Shown here: positions 57,179-61,804 of the stretch, piece after piece
Layout of the letters: each line of letters opens with the position of its first letter
Numbering within the stretch: position 1 is the first letter of the stretch
From: a virus
Lineage: Duplodnaviria; Caudoviricetes
Virus record (IMG/VR): IMGVR_UViG_3300012920_000040
Location: 1-61,804 of that record
Length of the DNA: 61,804 nucleotides
Reading direction: 5' to 3' (one strand)
Notes under the pieces: model-generated
Seen by the model: the letters and a program-made list of their open reading frames with translations, nothing else
Told to the model about the DNA's origin: nothing
Databases searched by the model: none
Made by a program: the position numbers and the translations under genes

Positions 57179-58627
57179 ATGTCAAGAGCTCGCAAACTAG
57201 CTGGTTTTGGTTCTGCTATTGGACAGGAACAAAATCCTGTTAACATCCAAATTGGTGTAATGACTGCCACCAAATTGTTTGGTGATGGTTCAGAACTTAC
57301 TGGCACTCCTGGTGGTCTTGGCACTGCTTTAAGTTTGGACTTGAGTAGTCCATTAAATAAATTTTATTTTACTGACCAGAACCTATCAATTGGTGCCACA
57401 ATTACTGTAGACCCACCTGCATCTGCAAGGGTGGCATATACACAGTATGCAAATATCCTGATGTCAGGTGATGCTGACCTGATTGTAGGTGATGATGATG
57501 ACGTCATTGTTGATATTCTTGGCATCTCAACATTAGCTGATGCACCTGGAATTCTTCAGAATGGTAGTGGTAGAATCAGAGTAGATAATATTACTGACAA
57601 GCAAGGTTTTAGCTCACCTGCATTCCCTTATGGTCTGACTGTAAATGCTGGTGCTGCTGCTACATTCTCTGGCACTGCAGAATTTGGTGGAGCAGTTACA
57701 CTTTCTAGTGCAAGTGCCTCTGGTGCTATCACAGGCACTGGTTCAACTGCTGCTCCATTTATTTCAAGAACTGGTGATACAGATACAGGTCTATATTATC
57801 CAGCAAATGGTGTAATTGCTATTTCTAATGATGGAAATGAATCTCTAAGAATTTCTCAATCATCTAACTATCCAATTGTTGCTATTGGTACAGATAATCC
57901 TACTACTAGTGTATTGGGGTTACAAATTTATAGACAATCAGCAGCAAATATATTACTTACAAGTAATACAAGTGTATCTCAAGCAATTTTTAGATCTAAT
58001 ACTGGAAACACAGATAAAAAAATTATTGCTGTTAGAAACACAATTGATACTGGTGAAAGCAATCTCATAATTGGAACACAAAATGATTCATATGGTTCTT
58101 TTAGTGAGAAATTAAGAATTACCCATGGTGGTGAAGTTAGAGTTGCCACAGGAAGCACATTACAATTAGGCACTCAATCTTACTCTAATAATGTTATCTA
58201 TAACTATGAAAATGTTGCTGGTGGTGGTATTGGTAGATATTATGTTTCTGATAATTTAAATGCTGGTGAAAAAACTAGATTTAATTTTACAGGGACAAAT
58301 AGAAAGGGATGTATGATTACAATTAATGCTGTTGGTTCTTGGGCAGCATCTAACACAGGAAATAATCATCCTGCTGCACAGTTCATGGTAAGAGTCTTTA
58401 CTAATAGTGCAGGTACTGCTGCTGATAGTTCAACATTAACCTTACCATTTGCATATGTTTATGATGCTACTAACTACACATTCACTAACAATGGTGGTTT
58501 CAGTTATTCAATTGATATACAAAACCCAACTGCTGATGATGGAGTAATTTTCACATATGAAGTCATTATTAACAATGCTAGAATTGATTCAAAACATGTC
58601 TTAGTGTCATCAACCACTGTCTCATAA
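57179..58627 (+). CDS. Fibre-like structural protein
   Basis: MSRARKLAGF N-terminus, GDTDTGLY, EKLRIT. Confidence 0.78.
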   Translation: MSRARKLAGFGSAIGQEQNPVNIQIGVMTATKLFGDGSELTGTPGGLGTALSLDLSSPLNKFYFTDQNLSIGATITVDPPASARVAYTQYANILMSGDADLIVGDDDDVIVDILGISTLADAPGILQNGSGRIRVDNITDKQGFSSPAFPYGLTVNAGAAATFSGTAEFGGAVTLSSASASGAITGTGSTAAPFISRTGDTDTGLYYPANGVIAISNDGNESLRISQSSNYPIVAIGTDNPTTSVLGLQIYRQSAANILLTSNTSVSQAIFRSNTGNTDKKIIAVRNTIDTGESNLIIGTQNDSYGSFSEKLRITHGGEVRVATGSTLQLGTQSYSNNVIYNYENVAGGGIGRYYVSDNLNAGEKTRFNFTGTNRKGCMITINAVGSWAASNTGNNHPAAQFMVRVFTNSAGTAADSSTLTLPFAYVYDATNYTFTNNGGFSYSIDIQNPTADDGVIFTYEVIINNARIDSKHVLVSSTTVS

Positions 58628-58648
58628 ATAACTAAAAAGTATAAACCC

Positions 58649-59899
58649 ATGGGACTGAGTTTAAGAGGACAAACATCTGGTGCTATTGATATCAATGCAC
58701 CAAATGCTGCGGGTAACAATACTATCACATTGCCTGGCAGCAATGGTGCTGCAAACCAGTTCTATAAGAATAGTGCTACTGCTGGCACTTTAACTCATTC
58801 CACAATGGTTGAGTTGTCTACTGGTTTTGTTGGTATCAATGATAATAGTCCAGATACAAGACTATCAGTTAATTCTGGAGCAACAGACGTAGTTGCTAAA
58901 TTTACTTCGTCTGATTCTAATGCATGGATTCAATTAAGAGATAACACTACAACAGACACTGGTGTTATGGTGGGTGCTAATGGTGATAATCTTTTACTTC
59001 GTGCAGGATCAAATGAAAGAGTTCGTATAACTTCTACTGGCACTCTTGACTTTAGATCTGTAGATGGAGTTGGAATAAATTTTCTTGAGAGTGGATATAT
59101 CAATATTGATTCTGATAATAATGACTCAAATAGAAACTTTACTTTTTTTGATGCCAAAGATACTGGTAGTCAGAAGTATTTGATGATACTCACTGATAGT
59201 GGTAATATTGGCATCAACACTAACACTCCTGATAAAAAACTCACTGTATTTACAGATAGCAACACTGGATATAGCACTGAAACAAATAACACTCCTGGAA
59301 CAAATTCATTAATTAAACTTTTTAACAAGAATGGTAGTGATGGCACTGGTGTTAATAACTATGCTGCCATTGAATTTGCAGTTGCAAATGGTGCTACATC
59401 ATCTGGTTATTTAGGATATACAAGAACTGGTGATAATGCAGGTGCATTCTTTATGAAGCAGAGGAATACTTCTACTGCTTATCCTGAAACAATTAGATTC
59501 CCCTCCAGTGGTGGTATCACATTTGGTGGTGGTGCAAATGCTGCAAATACAATAGATGATTATGAAAAAGGTACTTATACAATAACTAGTTCTGGTATCT
59601 TAAACCAAGGAACTCTTCAAACTGATGATTATATCAAGATTGGTGACCAAGTAACATATTTGATAAACCTTTACGCATCAGGTAATAATATGTCATGGAG
59701 CACTGGAGCAACTATTTCATTTGGTGGATTCGCACCCATTGCTAATTTCCATACCACTGCATCCTTGGCCTGGTATAAGAGTGATGGAACTACTGATTTC
59801 CAACCTAATTATTTTAATTCAATTGGTGAAATTATTCTTCGTTCAGCACAGACTAGTGTCAGACATTTGTGGGGATTTGTTACCTTCGTGGCTCAATGA
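58649..59899 (+). CDS. Fibre/receptor-binding-like protein (DDYExG family)
   Basis: AP..AG.NTITLP, ERVRITSTG, IDDYEKGTY, YIKIGDQV. Confidence 0.78.
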   Translation: MGLSLRGQTSGAIDINAPNAAGNNTITLPGSNGAANQFYKNSATAGTLTHSTMVELSTGFVGINDNSPDTRLSVNSGATDVVAKFTSSDSNAWIQLRDNTTTDTGVMVGANGDNLLLRAGSNERVRITSTGTLDFRSVDGVGINFLESGYINIDSDNNDSNRNFTFFDAKDTGSQKYLMILTDSGNIGINTNTPDKKLTVFTDSNTGYSTETNNTPGTNSLIKLFNKNGSDGTGVNNYAAIEFAVANGATSSGYLGYTRTGDNAGAFFMKQRNTSTAYPETIRFPSSGGITFGGGANAANTIDDYEKGTYTITSSGILNQGTLQTDDYIKIGDQVTYLINLYASGNNMSWSTGATISFGGFAPIANFHTTASLAWYKSDGTTDFQPNYFNSIGEIILRSAQTSVRHLWGFVTFVAQ

Positions 59900-59943
59900 T
59901 AAATACCTCTGCCTAAACCTGTTTAGTTCGGAGGACAATCCTA

Positions 59944-60231
59944 ATGGCACTTACTGAAAGATTTGAAAACGACAAAATTGAAGTCGTTGGTTCATACAAA
60001 GCTGTACAAGTACGTAGAGCAGAAGTTATTGAGAAAGATGGTGTAGAAATTGCACGTTCTTTTCACAGACATGCATTAGCATGTGGTTCACTTGATGAGA
60101 GTGATAACTTTGTAGATACAGACATCAGTGGAGAAGATGCTGATGTGCAAGCAATTTGTAATGCTGCATGGACTCAAGCAGTCAAAGATGCTTACAAAGC
60201 ATATCTGATTGCCAACAAACCTGCTGGATAA
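59944..60231 (+). CDS. Conserved small protein, possible fibre chaperone
   Basis: DKIEVV..VQVR..I.KDGVE..RSFHR..VQAICNAAWT; GGAGG SD. Confidence 0.8.
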   Translation: MALTERFENDKIEVVGSYKAVQVRRAEVIEKDGVEIARSFHRHALACGSLDESDNFVDTDISGEDADVQAICNAAWTQAVKDAYKAYLIANKPAG

Positions 60232-60253
60232 ATAACTAAAAAGTTATATCAAG

Positions 60254-61312
60254 ATGAGCACTCTTAAAACCAATAATATTGAGCATCTTGATGCCACCAG
60301 TCCATCCATTGAGGTGAGTGCTGCTGGTGGCATTCAAGTTGGTGGTGCATTGACTGCTACAACTGGCACATTTTCTGGAAATGTGTCAATTGCTGGCGTT
60401 TTGTCTTATGAGGATGTAACCAATATTGATTCTGTTGGAATTATTACTGCACAAGCAGGTATTCATGTTACTGGTGGAAATGTTGGTGTTGGAACTGCAA
60501 GTCCAAGTGATAGATTAGAAGTTAGAGGTGACACTGCCACTGACTCTGCAGGTGTAATTATCATATCAAGTGGAGATGAAGCTCTAGTAGGTGGTGATGT
60601 AATTGGTCAAATTAATTTTAAAGACTATGATGCTAATGCTCATGCAGGTGGTGATCAAGATAACTTTGTTACAATAAAAGCAATTGCAAAACATGAAGTT
60701 AGTGATGGTGGTTCATTTGATGGTTCTGATGGTGAAGGATATGATTTAACATTCAATACCAGTATTAGAATTGGATCAAACTCACCATTTTCTGAAAGAG
60801 AAGGAATTCGTCTGACCAAAGATTTAAATGTTGGATTTGGTAATACAGTCCCTACCTCCAAACTTGAACTTAATTCAAGTGGTTCCTATGGACATAAAGG
60901 AACTGTTAGTGGTAGACCAATGGATAGAAAAACTTTCATCAGAAAGTTTAGTTCTAACACCACATCAACAGTTGCTGTTATAGATGGATTACAGGCAAAT
61001 GGTTTCTCAGGATCTCAGTTAAGTGGTTTCTTTATTAAATTCACATATCGCTCAATGCTTGGATTTAATGGTGCTGGTGGAGGTCATGGAGAGCGTATGA
61101 TAAGTGGAAGATATAATAGAACTGCTGATGAGTGGTTATTTGATAGTGAGACTACTGCTCTTGTTGGTGATGCGCAAGAACCAACTTTATCCTGCTCAGA
61201 TAATAGTGATGGAACTTGTAATGTAAGTGTTACAACTCCTGCCTCTACTCATGCTTTTGGAGAATTTTTGTTGGTGGCATGGGATTGTGGTATTGACTCT
61301 CCTACCACTTGA
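60254..61312 (+). CDS. Fibre-like structural protein
   Basis: YEDVTNIDSVGIITA, GNVGVGTASP..LEV. Confidence 0.78.
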   Translation: MSTLKTNNIEHLDATSPSIEVSAAGGIQVGGALTATTGTFSGNVSIAGVLSYEDVTNIDSVGIITAQAGIHVTGGNVGVGTASPSDRLEVRGDTATDSAGVIIISSGDEALVGGDVIGQINFKDYDANAHAGGDQDNFVTIKAIAKHEVSDGGSFDGSDGEGYDLTFNTSIRIGSNSPFSEREGIRLTKDLNVGFGNTVPTSKLELNSSGSYGHKGTVSGRPMDRKTFIRKFSSNTTSTVAVIDGLQANGFSGSQLSGFFIKFTYRSMLGFNGAGGGHGERMISGRYNRTADEWLFDSETTALVGDAQEPTLSCSDNSDGTCNVSVTTPASTHAFGEFLLVAWDCGIDSPTT

Positions 61313-61337
61313 TAAATAACTAAAAAGTATTACCATA

Positions 61338-61804
61338 ATGTCTAGAGCAAGTAATCTAGCTGGATTTATTACTGCAATATCACCCACAATTGATTTAAGT
61401 GTGGGTGTTTTGACAGCTACCACCTTTGATTTGGGTGGAACTATTTCATTTGATAGTATTTCTGCTACTAGCAATATTGCTATTGGTGGTACTGTTGCTG
61501 GTGTTACCACTATCACTGGCACTGGTATTAATCAACCTCTGGGCATTAACACTTTAGGACAGACAGAATTTACAGGTGCTGTTGATTTTAATTCATCAGT
61601 AACCATTGCAGGTGTAACTACAATCAATTCAGATGGAGTTCAATCCACTGGAATTGGAACTTTTAGAAGTGTTGCAATTGGAACTGATAATCCAGGTAGT
61701 ACTCAAATTTATGCATCATCTAAAGGTTACACCACTGTATCAATTCGCACTGATGATGATGCAACAGGATGGCCTCTCTTACAATTTGTTGATGAAAGGG
61801 GAGG
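61338..61804 (+). CDS. Fibre-like structural protein, partial (runs off window)
   Basis: ATG at 61338, MSRASNLAGF similar to the 57179 N-terminus; same leader motif. Confidence 0.75.
   Translation, partial: MSRASNLAGFITAISPTIDLSVGVLTATTFDLGGTISFDSISATSNIAIGGTVAGVTTITGTGINQPLGINTLGQTEFTGAVDFNSSVTIAGVTTINSDGVQSTGIGTFRSVAIGTDNPGSTQIYASSKGYTTVSIRTDDDATGWPLLQFVDERG

Larger units (their letters stand above)
53466..61329 (+). repeat. Dispersed late-promoter leader repeat ATAAATAACTAAAAAGT
   Basis: Copies at 53466, 55516, 57155, 58624, 60228, 61312; variant at 54776; minus-strand variant 18886-18902. Confidence 0.9.

Noticed and set aside
53466-61329. Repeated 17-bp motif as a CRISPR or attC array
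   Set aside because: Spacing is gene-sized and irregular, motif is non-palindromic and matches a late promoter; no cas or integrase gene
1-61804. Stop-codon reassignment
   Set aside because: Known genes are full length under the standard code and all three stops are used

Overview
A 61.8-kb segment of a T4-like cyanomyovirus (marine Synechococcus/Prochlorococcus-type phage). Left part (1-15.6 kb): an auxiliary metabolic gene island (psbA, zwf, PTOX, gnd, an unannotated ndhP-like gene, talC, psbD), glutaredoxin, small conserved ORFs, a double glutamine-riboswitch-like element in front of a DUF4278-type gene, thyX, phoH, an exonuclease, gp33, gp59 and gp32. Middle (15.7-35 kb): baseplate/tail module (gp53, gp48, gp2, gp54/gp19-like, gp4, gp26/gp51-like, two tape-measure-like proteins with cell-wall hydrolase domains, hub, gp5). 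Right (35-61.8 kb): tRNA-Leu(TAA), a small promoter-terminator unit, and a long array of large repetitive fibre/structural genes, several preceded by a near-identical late-promoter leader. Main signals not explained by routine annotation: (1) an interlocked double glutamine-aptamer structure with a 53-codon ORF inside one stem-loop; (2) a ~55-nt stand-alone transcript complementary to the host Yfr1 sRNA motif; (3) a -1 slippery site that would fuse the gp26-like and gp51-like ORFs; (4) extreme CG-dinucleotide depletion with local CG-rich patches. All calls are by-eye recognition; no searches were run.
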